Source of the DNA: Mollicutes bacterium
Lineage (GTDB): Bacteria; Bacillota_I; Bacilli_A; RF39; UBA660
Length of the DNA stretch: 34,754 nt
Assembly: GCA_003560455.1 (NCBI GenBank)
Contig: PWIL01000034.1
Coordinates: forward strand, 1 to 34,754
Direction of reading: 5' to 3'
Positions 24,949 through 33,187 of the stretch are shown piece by piece. Under the pieces are notes generated by a model. The model saw only the letters and a list, made by a program, of their open reading frames with translations, searched no databases and had not been told where the DNA came from. The position numbers and the translations under genes are program-made. How positions within the stretch are numbered: position 1 is the stretch's first letter; the number at the start of each line of letters is the position of its first letter.

Positions 24949-25575
24949 ATGCGAGTTCGAAAAGTTCCTGATGCGGAAATAAAAATTTTTAATCATCCCT
25001 TAGTTATTAAAGATAGTCAACAATATCGAGAGGCACATTATAAATTATTTCAAAATCAAAATCCAATTCATTTGGAAATTGGTATGGGCAAGGGGGGGTT
25101 TATTCTTCAAAAAGCGATCGAAAATCCCCATCTTAATTTTATTGGTTTAGAAAAAGATGCAAGTATTTTATATCGAGCATTAGCAAAAATATCACCCGAA
25201 ATTAAAAATGTCCGTTTTATTTTGGCTGATGCAAATAAAATAACTGAAATATTTGATGATGAAATTTCTGTTTTATATTTAAATTTTTCCGATCCCTGGC
25301 CAAAAAACAGACATCACCAAAGAAGATTAACAAATTTAACTTTTTTGAAAAAATATCAGTTAATTTTAAAAAAGAAAGCAGTCATTATTTTTAAAACTGA
25401 TAATAAAAGTTTTTTTGATTATTCATTAGAACAATTTACAATAGGTGGTTTTAAAGTAATCGAAAAGAGCTTAAATTTGCATCAAAAGCAGATAACCCAA
25501 ATTATGACTGAATATGAAAAAAAATTTCATCAAAAAAAATTACCAATTTATTATTTAAAATTAAGCGTCAACTAA
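24949..25575 (+). CDS. trmB: tRNA (guanine46-N7)-methyltransferase
   Basis: Motifs HLEIGMGKGGFI, NFIGLE and NFSDPWPKNRHHQRRL. Confidence 0.92.
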   Translation: MRVRKVPDAEIKIFNHPLVIKDSQQYREAHYKLFQNQNPIHLEIGMGKGGFILQKAIENPHLNFIGLEKDASILYRALAKISPEIKNVRFILADANKITEIFDDEISVLYLNFSDPWPKNRHHQRRLTNLTFLKKYQLILKKKAVIIFKTDNKSFFDYSLEQFTIGGFKVIEKSLNLHQKQITQIMTEYEKKFHQKKLPIYYLKLSVN

Positions 25576-25641
25576 ATGTAAAGAGATTTTAATGGCTAGT
25601 ATTTTTTATAATTTATTGTTATAATAAAAAGGAGTGATAGT

Positions 25642-26235
25642 ATGCGGAAATTATTAGTAGTCTTATTTATATTTTTATTAGTTGGTTGTACGGCAGTCCG
25701 CATGGATGTAAAAAGCGTTGATAATATTATTAATGTCGTTTTATCAAAAGAAAATGATTTGTATAATCGAATTGGTAAGGGCTATAAATATTATATTCCG
25801 CGCGGTGTTACTTATATTGATACTTTTGATTTAAATGAAAAACTATATTCGCAAGGTTATAATTATTTTATTTATATTGATGCCGTAGCATATTATCATC
25901 AAACTGAGTTTGATTATCAAGAAAATCCTGAAGCATATTATTCTAGGGCGATTGATATCAATGGGAAACAAGGTTATTTAGAAATAAATGAAATAGATGG
26001 TTTATACTTTATTGAATATTTATATAATTATGCTAAAATTGAAGCAATGGTTTATTATGAAGATATTAATTTGACAGTTTTGAATATATCTTATATTTTA
26101 TCAACTGTTAAATTTAATAATAATGTAATTAGATTATTATTAGAAGATGATTATTTTGCAACAATTGAAGAAACATATGATGTTTTTGCACCAAAAGGAG
26201 AATCAGGAAATTTCTTAAAAGTTGAATATGAATAG
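25642..26235 (+). CDS. Hypothetical lipoprotein (Tyr-rich, 197 aa)
   Basis: The signal peptide has the lipobox LLVGC (MRKLLVVLFIFLLVGC|T), and SD AAGGAG lies upstream. I recognise no family. Confidence 0.7.
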   Translation: MRKLLVVLFIFLLVGCTAVRMDVKSVDNIINVVLSKENDLYNRIGKGYKYYIPRGVTYIDTFDLNEKLYSQGYNYFIYIDAVAYYHQTEFDYQENPEAYYSRAIDINGKQGYLEINEIDGLYFIEYLYNYAKIEAMVYYEDINLTVLNISYILSTVKFNNNVIRLLLEDDYFATIEETYDVFAPKGESGNFLKVEYE

Positions 26236-26246
26236 TGAGGTGTTTC

Positions 26247-27128
26247 ATGGGAGTGTTGGACAAAGTAAAACAATGGTTTGAAGACGAAGAAGAAGAAATT
26301 GAAGAAGAAATAGTCAGTTCAAAATCAAAAGTCGAAATAGCCGCCCCGCCAAAAGAAACTGAAGAAACAGATGAAATTGCTGACACAAAGGCGTTGCAAG
26401 AAGTAAAAAAACCAGCGTCTGTTATTTTTGATGAAAAGGATTTTGCAGAAATAAATAATACTGATGCGGTTAAAGAAGCTAAAAAAAGTTATGCAAGCCG
26501 CAGTAAAAAAGAAAAAGAAAAGGGCTTTCGGCCAACACCAATTATTTCGCCTGTATATGGCATTTTAGATAAAAACTATGCTAAAGATGATGTTACACCA
26601 AAGAAAAAAGCAGTTAAAAGAGATCAAAGCCAACCAGAAGATACAGGTAGTATAGATATTGATTGGATTCGCCGTAAAGCATATGGTAATCTTGATGAAG
26701 ATTTAGAAAAAGAATTATCCAAAGATCGACATGTCTTAGTTGATGAAAAATTTGTGGAAGAAAAAGAATTATTTGCTGATTTAAAAAATAAAGATCAAGA
26801 TTTGCTTGAAAATTTAAAAAGTGAGCAAGAATCGGCACCAATTCAAAGCGAATCAAATGTAGAAGAAACTAATAGTAATTTTGAAAATTTTACAAATGAT
26901 GATAAAATAAATAGTTCAGAAACAGATGAAGCAAAAGAAAAGATGTTAGAAGATAGTTTCTTTTATGAAAAAAGACATCAAGAAGAACCACCGGTAGAAA
27001 CAAACGAAGAAGAGAAACAAGAAGAAGCCGCAGAGGAAAAAGTTGAAAAACGAAATAATCATCAAAAAAACAATGAAGATTTATTTAATTTGGTAGACAC
27101 AATGTATGAGAAAGGAGACGATGAATGA
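26247..27128 (+). CDS. Hypothetical highly acidic protein with an N-terminal amphipathic helix and a conserved-looking FRPTPIISPVYGILD motif
   Basis: ATG 26247 lies 6 nt after GTGAGG; the ORF-track GTG 26235 is the SD itself. The protein begins MGVLDKVKQWFEDEEEEIEEE. The rest looks low-complexity E/K/D-rich and probably disordered, apart from residues encoded at about 26523-26579 and the C-terminal DLFNLVDTMYEKG. Confidence 0.65.
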   Translation: MGVLDKVKQWFEDEEEEIEEEIVSSKSKVEIAAPPKETEETDEIADTKALQEVKKPASVIFDEKDFAEINNTDAVKEAKKSYASRSKKEKEKGFRPTPIISPVYGILDKNYAKDDVTPKKKAVKRDQSQPEDTGSIDIDWIRRKAYGNLDEDLEKELSKDRHVLVDEKFVEEKELFADLKNKDQDLLENLKSEQESAPIQSESNVEETNSNFENFTNDDKINSSETDEAKEKMLEDSFFYEKRHQEEPPVETNEEEKQEEAAEEKVEKRNNHQKNNEDLFNLVDTMYEKGDDE

Positions 27129-27400
27129 TGGAATTGATGGAAATAATGCCCCTAGTTTTATACTTTTTAGGAGCAGTTGTTTTAACATTATTAGCAATCT
27201 TACTTTATCGGGTAATTAAAACAATGGAAATAGTTGATTTAATTGTTAGAGACACATATCAAAAAAGTCAAAAATTAAACGGATTATTTGATTTAACTGA
27301 AAAAGTAGAATTATTAAATGATCGCGTTATTAATGCTATTGTCAATGGCATTATGAAATTATTTAGCCGAAAAAAGGAAGGAGATGATATCGATGGCTAA
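27125..27400 (+). CDS. Small membrane protein, DUF948 (YtxG-like) candidate
   Basis: One N-terminal TM helix plus a coiled segment. It overlaps the upstream stop (ATGA) and precedes a YtxH-like gene, as in the B. subtilis ytxGH arrangement. Confidence 0.5.
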   Translation: MMELMEIMPLVLYFLGAVVLTLLAILLYRVIKTMEIVDLIVRDTYQKSQKLNGLFDLTEKVELLNDRVINAIVNGIMKLFSRKKEGDDIDG

Positions 27401-27800
27401 AAAAGGTTTAGGAAAATTATTAGCAGGACTGGCAATTGGTGTTGGTTTAGGTGTATTATTTGCTCCCAAAAAGGGCAGTGAGACTAGAAAAGAACTTAAA
27501 GAAAAGATTGATGAATTAGTACAACAAGCAAAAGAAACTGATCTTGATGAGGTTAAAGAAGCAATTGAAGCAAAAGCATTTGAAATTAAATTATTAGTCA
27601 ATGATTTAGACAAAGAAAAAACATTAAAAATTGCCAAAAGAAAAGCAAAACAAATTAATGACATGGGAGCTGAATTAGTAGACTATGCTAAAGAAAAAGG
27701 CACCCCTGTTTTGCAAAAAACTGCTGAAGATTTAAAAGCTAAAGCTTTAGAATCAGCGGAAGAAATTTTAGAAAATCTAAAAGAAAAAGACCAAAAATAA
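27393..27800 (+). CDS. YtxH-like protein
   Basis: MAKKGLGKLLAGLAIGVGLGVLFAPKKGSETRKELKEKIDEL is the YtxH-family N-terminus. ATG 27393 lies 9 nt after GGAG. It overlaps the upstream gene by 8 nt. Confidence 0.8.
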   Translation: MAKKGLGKLLAGLAIGVGLGVLFAPKKGSETRKELKEKIDELVQQAKETDLDEVKEAIEAKAFEIKLLVNDLDKEKTLKIAKRKAKQINDMGAELVDYAKEKGTPVLQKTAEDLKAKALESAEEILENLKEKDQK

Positions 27801-27821
27801 CCAACTTTCGTTGGTTTTTTT
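27799..27821 (+). terminator. Rho-independent terminator after the YtxH-like gene
   Basis: AACCAAC (27799-27805), loop TTTC, GTTGGTT (27810-27816), then TTTTT. Confidence 0.75.
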
Positions 27822-27823
27822 GT

Positions 27824-27852
27824 TTTACATTAATTTGAATTAATGCTATAAT
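27824..27852 (+). promoter_or_regulatory. sigmaA-type promoter (extended -10) for the SH3/DUF4015 lipoprotein gene
   Basis: TTTACA (27824-27829), a 17-nt spacer, then TGcTATAAT (27844-27852). Confidence 0.65.
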
Positions 27853-27867
27853 TTAATTGGTGATAGG

Positions 27868-29505
27868 ATGATTAAAAAAAGTCTTTTTTTGCTTTATTTT
27901 ATTTTTTTATTAGGTTGTAGTCTTTTTAATCAAGAAGCAAAAACTTTTTTTTTAGCGGCTGAAACTAATAATGTTGAAGTACTCAATAAAAATGAAAATA
28001 TTGCTTCGATACCAAGAGGTAGTGAGGTAACTTTTTATGGTCAAAGAAAAATTATTAATGATCAAGAATATTTATTAATTAAATTTTATGATGAAGAATA
28101 CTATGTATTAGAAGAACAATTAGTTTTAAAAAAAGAAAACACGGTGTTAGAAACAAAATTATTTGTTCGAACCTCAACAACCGTTTATCTTGATCCAGTT
28201 AGTTCAAAAATATTGGGTCTAGTAAAAAAAGGTGAATCGTTAGTAATAAATGGTTTTGACCGATTAGATGCCGATGGTTCAGTCAATATGTATCAAATAA
28301 GTTATCAAGATGAAATTGGTTATGTATATAGTAAATATTTAGTTGCTGATGAAGAAACAGCTCTAAGTCATTATGATGAAGAAGGGTTATATCAAATCCA
28401 TTTAGCGAGAACTAATCGCCTTGGTGGCGGTGGTGGTGGCGATTTAGATTATTTTCCCCGTGAAAAACCACAATTTCCCGATAACATCATGCCCAATGAA
28501 GTAAGAGCACTTTATTTAACAATTAATTCAGTCCGAGTGATTGATCGATATATTGATTTTGCAAAAGAAAACAATATTAATGGTTTAGTAATTGATATCA
28601 AAGATAACACCATGCCCGGTTATAAATCACCAGTTATGGAAGAATATTCACCAACTAATTATGAACGAGCGCCAACTAGTTTTGAAAATTATCAAACAGC
28701 AATTCAAAAAGCACTTGATGCTGATTTATACTTAATTGGAAGAATTACAATTTTCAAAGATTCTTTTTATGTTCGTGATCATCCGGAAAGTGCAATTTTA
28801 AATAAAGAAACAAAAGAACCATTATTACATAATAATTCCCACTGGCCCAGTCCCTTTCGGCGTGATGTTTGGGAATTTAATGTTAAACTAGCAAAAGAAG
28901 CAGTCCTAGAAATGGGCTTTCATGAAATTCAATTTGATTATGTTCGTTTTCCTGATCGAATTAACCGTTTAGAAGAAGAAGGCAAGATTGATTTGCGAAA
29001 TCAATATGATGAAGAAAAGGCAGCTGCTATTCAAACTTTTTTAATGTATGCAACTGATGAAATTCACCAAGTTGGGGCATATGTATCAGCTGATGTTTTT
29101 GGTGAATCAGCCCACACTTATGTAACGGCTTATGGTCAATACTGGCCAGCCATTTCTAATGTTGTTGATGTTATAAGTGCGATGCCATATCCTGATCATT
29201 TTTCGGCTTATGAATATGGATTTGAAGAAATAGTTTGGACAGTTCCTTATGAATTATTAACTACTTGGGGTGAGTTTGCAGAAAAAAGACAAACTGAAAT
29301 TCCAACCCCAGCAATTTCCAGAACCTGGATTCAAACCTATAATGCCATTAGAAGACCGTTTGTTGAATATGATGCTGAAAAAATAGCCGATCAAATTCGC
29401 GCTTTATATAAAACTGGTCATACCGGTGGTTTCATGACTTGGAATGCAGCCGCGAATTTAAAAAAATATGAAGAAGTTAAAGAAGCATTTCGAAAGGAGT
29501 ATTAA
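27868..29505 (+). CDS. Lipoprotein with N-terminal SH3b-like repeats and a DUF4015-type putative glycoside hydrolase (TIM-barrel) domain
   Basis: Lipobox FLLGC. The motifs VRALYLT...NINGLVIDIKDN...YLIGRITIFKD...W.SP....VWEFNVKLAKEAVLEMGFHEIQFDYVRFP match the DUF4015 family pattern as I recall it. Confidence 0.7.
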   Translation: MIKKSLFLLYFIFLLGCSLFNQEAKTFFLAAETNNVEVLNKNENIASIPRGSEVTFYGQRKIINDQEYLLIKFYDEEYYVLEEQLVLKKENTVLETKLFVRTSTTVYLDPVSSKILGLVKKGESLVINGFDRLDADGSVNMYQISYQDEIGYVYSKYLVADEETALSHYDEEGLYQIHLARTNRLGGGGGGDLDYFPREKPQFPDNIMPNEVRALYLTINSVRVIDRYIDFAKENNINGLVIDIKDNTMPGYKSPVMEEYSPTNYERAPTSFENYQTAIQKALDADLYLIGRITIFKDSFYVRDHPESAILNKETKEPLLHNNSHWPSPFRRDVWEFNVKLAKEAVLEMGFHEIQFDYVRFPDRINRLEEEGKIDLRNQYDEEKAAAIQTFLMYATDEIHQVGAYVSADVFGESAHTYVTAYGQYWPAISNVVDVISAMPYPDHFSAYEYGFEEIVWTVPYELLTTWGEFAEKRQTEIPTPAISRTWIQTYNAIRRPFVEYDAEKIADQIRALYKTGHTGGFMTWNAAANLKKYEEVKEAFRKEY

Positions 29506-29506
29506 A

Positions 29507-29776
29507 ATGATAATTAATAACCAAAAATATCGCGTATTAGAAAATTATAAAAATGCACTAGATGAAGAACAAGTTAAAGCTAAATTTACCGATTATTTTG
29601 AAAAATATGATTATGTAATTGGTGATTGGGCGTTTGGGTCTTTAAGATTAAAAGGTTTTTGTAAACCAAATAATAAAATCTTTAATAAAATTAACGATTT
29701 TAAAACTAAAGATGATTATTTAAAAGAACATTGTGTAGTTGACTGTAAATATTTTATTTTAGAAAAAGAAGTTTAA
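29507..29776 (+). CDS. yutD: YutD-like protein (DUF1027)
   Basis: YRVLENYKNALDEE....KYDYVIGDWAFGSLRLKGF is close to B. subtilis YutD (..YDYIVGDWGYGQLRLRGF..). ATG 29507 follows AAGGAG; the ORF-track 29468 start was rejected. Confidence 0.75.
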   Translation: MIINNQKYRVLENYKNALDEEQVKAKFTDYFEKYDYVIGDWAFGSLRLKGFCKPNNKIFNKINDFKTKDDYLKEHCVVDCKYFILEKEV

Positions 29777-29792
29777 AAAAATTTAAATAAAA

Positions 29793-29801
29793 TGTTATAA
29801 T
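29793..29801 (+). promoter_or_regulatory. Extended -10 element (TGtTATAAT) for prfB
   Basis: TG at 29793-29794 and TATAAT at 29796-29801. Confidence 0.45.
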
Positions 29802-29817
29802 GAAATAGGTGATAGTA

Positions 29818-30916
29818 ATGGAACTAAATGAAATCGAAAAAATATTAATTGATCATCAAGCAAGAGCTGATGAATTATGGAGGTTACTTTGAAGTAGCAA
29901 CCTTAAAAAAAGAAGTTGATGATTTAAACTTAAAAATGAATAGCGCAGATTTTTGGCAAGACCAAAAAGAAGCACAAAAAATTATCAATCAACGCAATCA
30001 AAAACAAACAATTATTACTGATATTGAAACATTACAAAAAGATATTAATTCTAACTTAGAATTGGTTAATTTATTAAAAGAAGAAGTAGATGAAGAAATT
30101 AAACAAAATGTTATCAATGATTTAGAAAGATTAACCAAAGAAATAGATAAATTAGAGATTAAATTGTTACTTAATCAAAAATATGATAAAAATGATGCTG
30201 TCTTTGAAATTCATTCCGGTGCCGGTGGTACTGAAGCTAATGATTGGGTTGCCATGTTATACCGGATGTATTTAAGATATTTTGAACATAATGATTATCA
30301 ATATGAGATATTAGGTGAAATCAAAGGCGATGAAGTTGGCTATAAAAGTGTCGTTATTTTAGTAAAAGGCTTATTTGCTTATGGCTATTTAAAATATGAA
30401 CATGGTGTTCATCGTTTGGTACGAATATCACCATTTGATTCAAATGCTAAAAGACATACATCTTTTGCTTCAGTTGATGTTGTTCCATATTTTAATGAAG
30501 AAATTGATTTAGAAATAAATGAAAAAGATTTAAAAATAGATGTTTATAAAAGTAGTGGTGCTGGTGGTCAATCGGTAAATACAACTGATAGTGCTGTACG
30601 AATAACTCACCTGCCATCAAAAATAGTCGTTACTTGTCAAAACGAAAGAAGTCAAATAAAAAATAAAGAACAAGCTTTAAAGATATTGAAAAATAAATTA
30701 TGGACGATTGAAGAAACCAAAAAAGAAGAATCATTAAAAGCGATTCGTGGCGATGTCATTGATATTAATTTTGGTTCACAAATCAGAAGTTATGTCATGC
30801 ATCCGTATTCAATGGTCAAAGATCATCGAACTAATACCGAAGTTACTAATGTTGAAAAAGTATTAGCTGGTGATATCAATCAATTTATCAATGATAATTT
30901 AAAAAGAAAGGACTGA
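29818..30916 (+). CDS. prfB: Peptide chain release factor 2, with programmed +1 frameshift: join(29818..29889,29891..30916)
   Basis: Frame 0 reads MELNEIEKILIDHQARADELWRLL, then TGA (29890-29892). The +1 frame continues EVATLKKEV...FWQD..., with SPF (RISPFDS) and GGQ (SGAGGQSVN) motifs. Confidence 0.95.
29879..29892 (+). other. RF2 autoregulatory +1 frameshift site
   Basis: GGAGG (29879-29883), a 3-nt spacer (TTA), then CTT TGA (29887-29892). This is the canonical internal SD + CUU UGA arrangement. Confidence 0.9.
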
Positions 30917-30920
30917 TTTT

Positions 30921-31604
30921 ATGGCATTAATCAAAATGTCCAGAGTAAAAAAAATATATAAATCGGGAGTTACCGCTGTCCACGAATTAAATTTAGAAAT
31001 AAAAAAAGGTGAATTTGTTTTTGTGATTGGGTCAACTGGTTGTGGAAAATCAACATTAATCAAAATGCTTTACCGTGAAGAAAAACCAACCGTTGGTTCA
31101 ATTGTCTTAGGCGGGATTGAAGTTTCTAAACTAAGAAACAATAAAGTTTTTAAAATTAGAAGAAAAATTGGCGTTGTTTTTCAAGACTTTCGCTTATTAG
31201 AAGGAGCGACTGTCTATGAAAATGTTGCTTTCGCCCTAGAAATATTTGGTTTGCCAAAAGCCGAAATTCATGAACGCGTAATTAAAGCCTTAGACTTAGT
31301 TGGTTTAAAAAATCGGGCGAAAAATTATCCCCATCAATTATCGGGTGGTGAACAACAAAGAACCGCCATTGCTAGAGCAATTATTAATGACCCAAAATTA
31401 TTAATTTGCGACGAGCACACCGGTAATTTAGACGAAGAAACAAGTCGTGAAATTATGGCTGTTTTAGAGGAAATTAATAAAATGGGAACAACTATTGTCA
31501 TGGTAACTCATGATCGCGATATTGTTAAAAGAATGAAAAAACGGGTTGTTTTAATGGATGCTGGTCGCGTCATTAAAGATTTTAAAGAAGGTGAATATCA
31601 ATGA
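30921..31604 (+). CDS. ftsE: Cell division ATP-binding protein FtsE
   Basis: Walker A GSTGCGKST, signature LSGGEQQR, Walker B LLICDEHTGNLD. It is followed by ftsX with a 4-nt overlap. Confidence 0.9.
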   Translation: MALIKMSRVKKIYKSGVTAVHELNLEIKKGEFVFVIGSTGCGKSTLIKMLYREEKPTVGSIVLGGIEVSKLRNNKVFKIRRKIGVVFQDFRLLEGATVYENVAFALEIFGLPKAEIHERVIKALDLVGLKNRAKNYPHQLSGGEQQRTAIARAIINDPKLLICDEHTGNLDEETSREIMAVLEEINKMGTTIVMVTHDRDIVKRMKKRVVLMDAGRVIKDFKEGEYQ

Positions 31605-32497
31605 AAGCATTACGAATTTTAGTTAGAAATATTAGAGATGCTTTTCGCAGTATTTGGCGCAATTTTGCTCTTTCTTTAGCATCGATAACCGCCATTACTG
31701 TTACTTTAATTGTCGTCGCTTTTTCACTAATTTTAACTTATAATGTTAATTATACAGCTGAAATTATGGCTAGTAATATTGAAATAATTGTTTTTTTAGA
31801 AAAAGAAATTGATGAAGAAACAATTGCCGAAGTTGAAAATGAAATAAATTCCTTAGATAATGTTGAATCATTTATTTTTAAATCAAGATTAGAAATAGCC
31901 GAAGAATATATGAGTGAATCAGATGTTTTTGCAGCGATTATGGAATCTTGGGAAGAAGATGAAATTCCGTTACAAGACACTTTTATTGTTAAGGTTAATG
32001 ACAATGAAAAAATAGGTGACACGGCGAATGAAATTAATGAATTAGAAAAAGTTGATTCAGTTAATTATGGTCGTGGAATGGTTGAACAATTATTTGGCAT
32101 TTTTGATATCATTCAAAGTGGTAGTTTAATTGCCGTTGGAGCTTTGATATTAGTAACTGGGTTTTTAATTTCTAATACAATTAAAATTACTATTTTTTCA
32201 AGAAGAAAAGAAATTGAAATTATGCGTTTAGTTGGTGCTTCGAATTTAAATATAAAAATCCCATTTATGTTTGAAGGTTTGTTTTTAGGAATCATTGGCG
32301 CGGTAATTCCGGTTGCTTTAACTTTCTATGGTTATCATCGTTTATATGAATATGATTTATCATTAATTATGCCAATTTTAACTTTAATTGAACCAACGCC
32401 ATTTGTTTATCAAGTAGCCGGTATTTTATTAATTATTGGGGTTGCAGTGGGTATGGTTGGTAGTTGGCGCGCTGTTTCAAAGCATTTAAAGATCTAA
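31601..32497 (+). CDS. ftsX: Cell division permease-like protein FtsX
   Basis: Topology is TM1, an extracellular domain, then three C-terminal TM helices. The motif RRKEIEIMRLVGASN is typical of FtsX. Confidence 0.9.
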   Translation: MKALRILVRNIRDAFRSIWRNFALSLASITAITVTLIVVAFSLILTYNVNYTAEIMASNIEIIVFLEKEIDEETIAEVENEINSLDNVESFIFKSRLEIAEEYMSESDVFAAIMESWEEDEIPLQDTFIVKVNDNEKIGDTANEINELEKVDSVNYGRGMVEQLFGIFDIIQSGSLIAVGALILVTGFLISNTIKITIFSRRKEIEIMRLVGASNLNIKIPFMFEGLFLGIIGAVIPVALTFYGYHRLYEYDLSLIMPILTLIEPTPFVYQVAGILLIIGVAVGMVGSWRAVSKHLKI

Positions 32498-32500
32498 TTT

Positions 32501-32529
32501 TTGACTTTATAAGGTAATAATGCTATAAT
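32501..32529 (+). promoter_or_regulatory. Near-consensus sigmaA promoter for engB
   Basis: TTGACT (32501-32506), a 17-nt spacer, then TGcTATAAT (32521-32529). Confidence 0.7.
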
Positions 32530-32559
32530 CTTATCGTTATATTGAAAAAGGTGGGTAAT

Positions 32560-33153
32560 ATGGAAATTAAATCGGTAGATTTAACGATTAGTGCAGTCCG
32601 TTGTAGTCAATATCCGGAAAGTGGTTTTCCAGAATTCTTATTAGTTGGTCGTTCAAATGTGGGCAAGAGTAGTTTTATTAATACGGTAATAAACCGAAAA
32701 AACTATGCGCGAACATCATCTGACCCGGGAAAAACGCAAACAATTAATTTTTATAATGTTAATAATCAATTTTTTATTGTTGATGCGCCGGGTTATGGTT
32801 ATGCTAAAGTTTCCAAAAAACAAAAAAAGAAATTTGGTTTAATGATGGAACGTTATTTAACTTCTCGTGATAATTTAAAACATGTTTTTATGTTAATTGA
32901 TTTACGACATAAACCAACTGGTGATGATGTGTTAATGTATAAGTTTTTAAAACATCATAATTTACCAGTCACAATTGTGGCTACAAAAGCGGATAAAGTT
33001 GGCTCAACCAATCATGCTAAACAACGACAAATAATTATTGATGAATTAAACTTAGTTGTTGATGATGAATTATTGCTTTTTTCTAATTTGACAAAATTAG
33101 GAAGAAAAGAAGTTCTTGATAAAATAGAGCGAACGATTATTGCAGAAAACTAG
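32560..33153 (+). CDS. engB: Ribosome biogenesis GTP-binding protein YsxC/EngB
   Basis: Motifs GRSNVGKSSFIN, DAPGYGYA and TKADK. ATG 32560 follows AAGGTGG. Confidence 0.93.
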   Translation: MEIKSVDLTISAVRCSQYPESGFPEFLLVGRSNVGKSSFINTVINRKNYARTSSDPGKTQTINFYNVNNQFFIVDAPGYGYAKVSKKQKKKFGLMMERYLTSRDNLKHVFMLIDLRHKPTGDDVLMYKFLKHHNLPVTIVATKADKVGSTNHAKQRQIIIDELNLVVDDELLLFSNLTKLGRKEVLDKIERTIIAEN

Positions 33154-33168
33154 GTAATCCTAGTTTTT
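33150..33168 (+). terminator. Weak hairpin + T-run between engB and der (possible partial terminator)
   Basis: CTAGG (33150-33154), loop TAAT, CCTAG (33159-33163), then TTTTT. The stem is only 5 bp. Confidence 0.35.
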
Positions 33169-33187
33169 ATTTTTCGGAGGTGAAAAT

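Noticed and set aside
29849-29890. ORF-track start of prfB at ATT/ATG 29849 (MIIKQELMNYGGYF...).
   Set aside because: It is an artefact of the +1 frameshift. The authentic N-terminus is MELNEIEK... from ATG 29818 in frame 0, joined at CTT_TGA.
610-32559. Upstream-extended start codons from the ORF track: 610 recA, 1757 rny, 5611 nrdD, 8592 pilin, 11087 murG, 13819 ftsA, 15059 ftsZ, 18685 YfcC-like, 26235 acidic protein, 27384 YtxH-like, 29468 yutD, 32542 engB.
   Set aside because: In every case a downstream ATG sits 5-9 nt after a GGAGG-type SD, and the extension either overlaps that SD or adds residues absent from the family N-terminus. The feature list uses the downstream starts.
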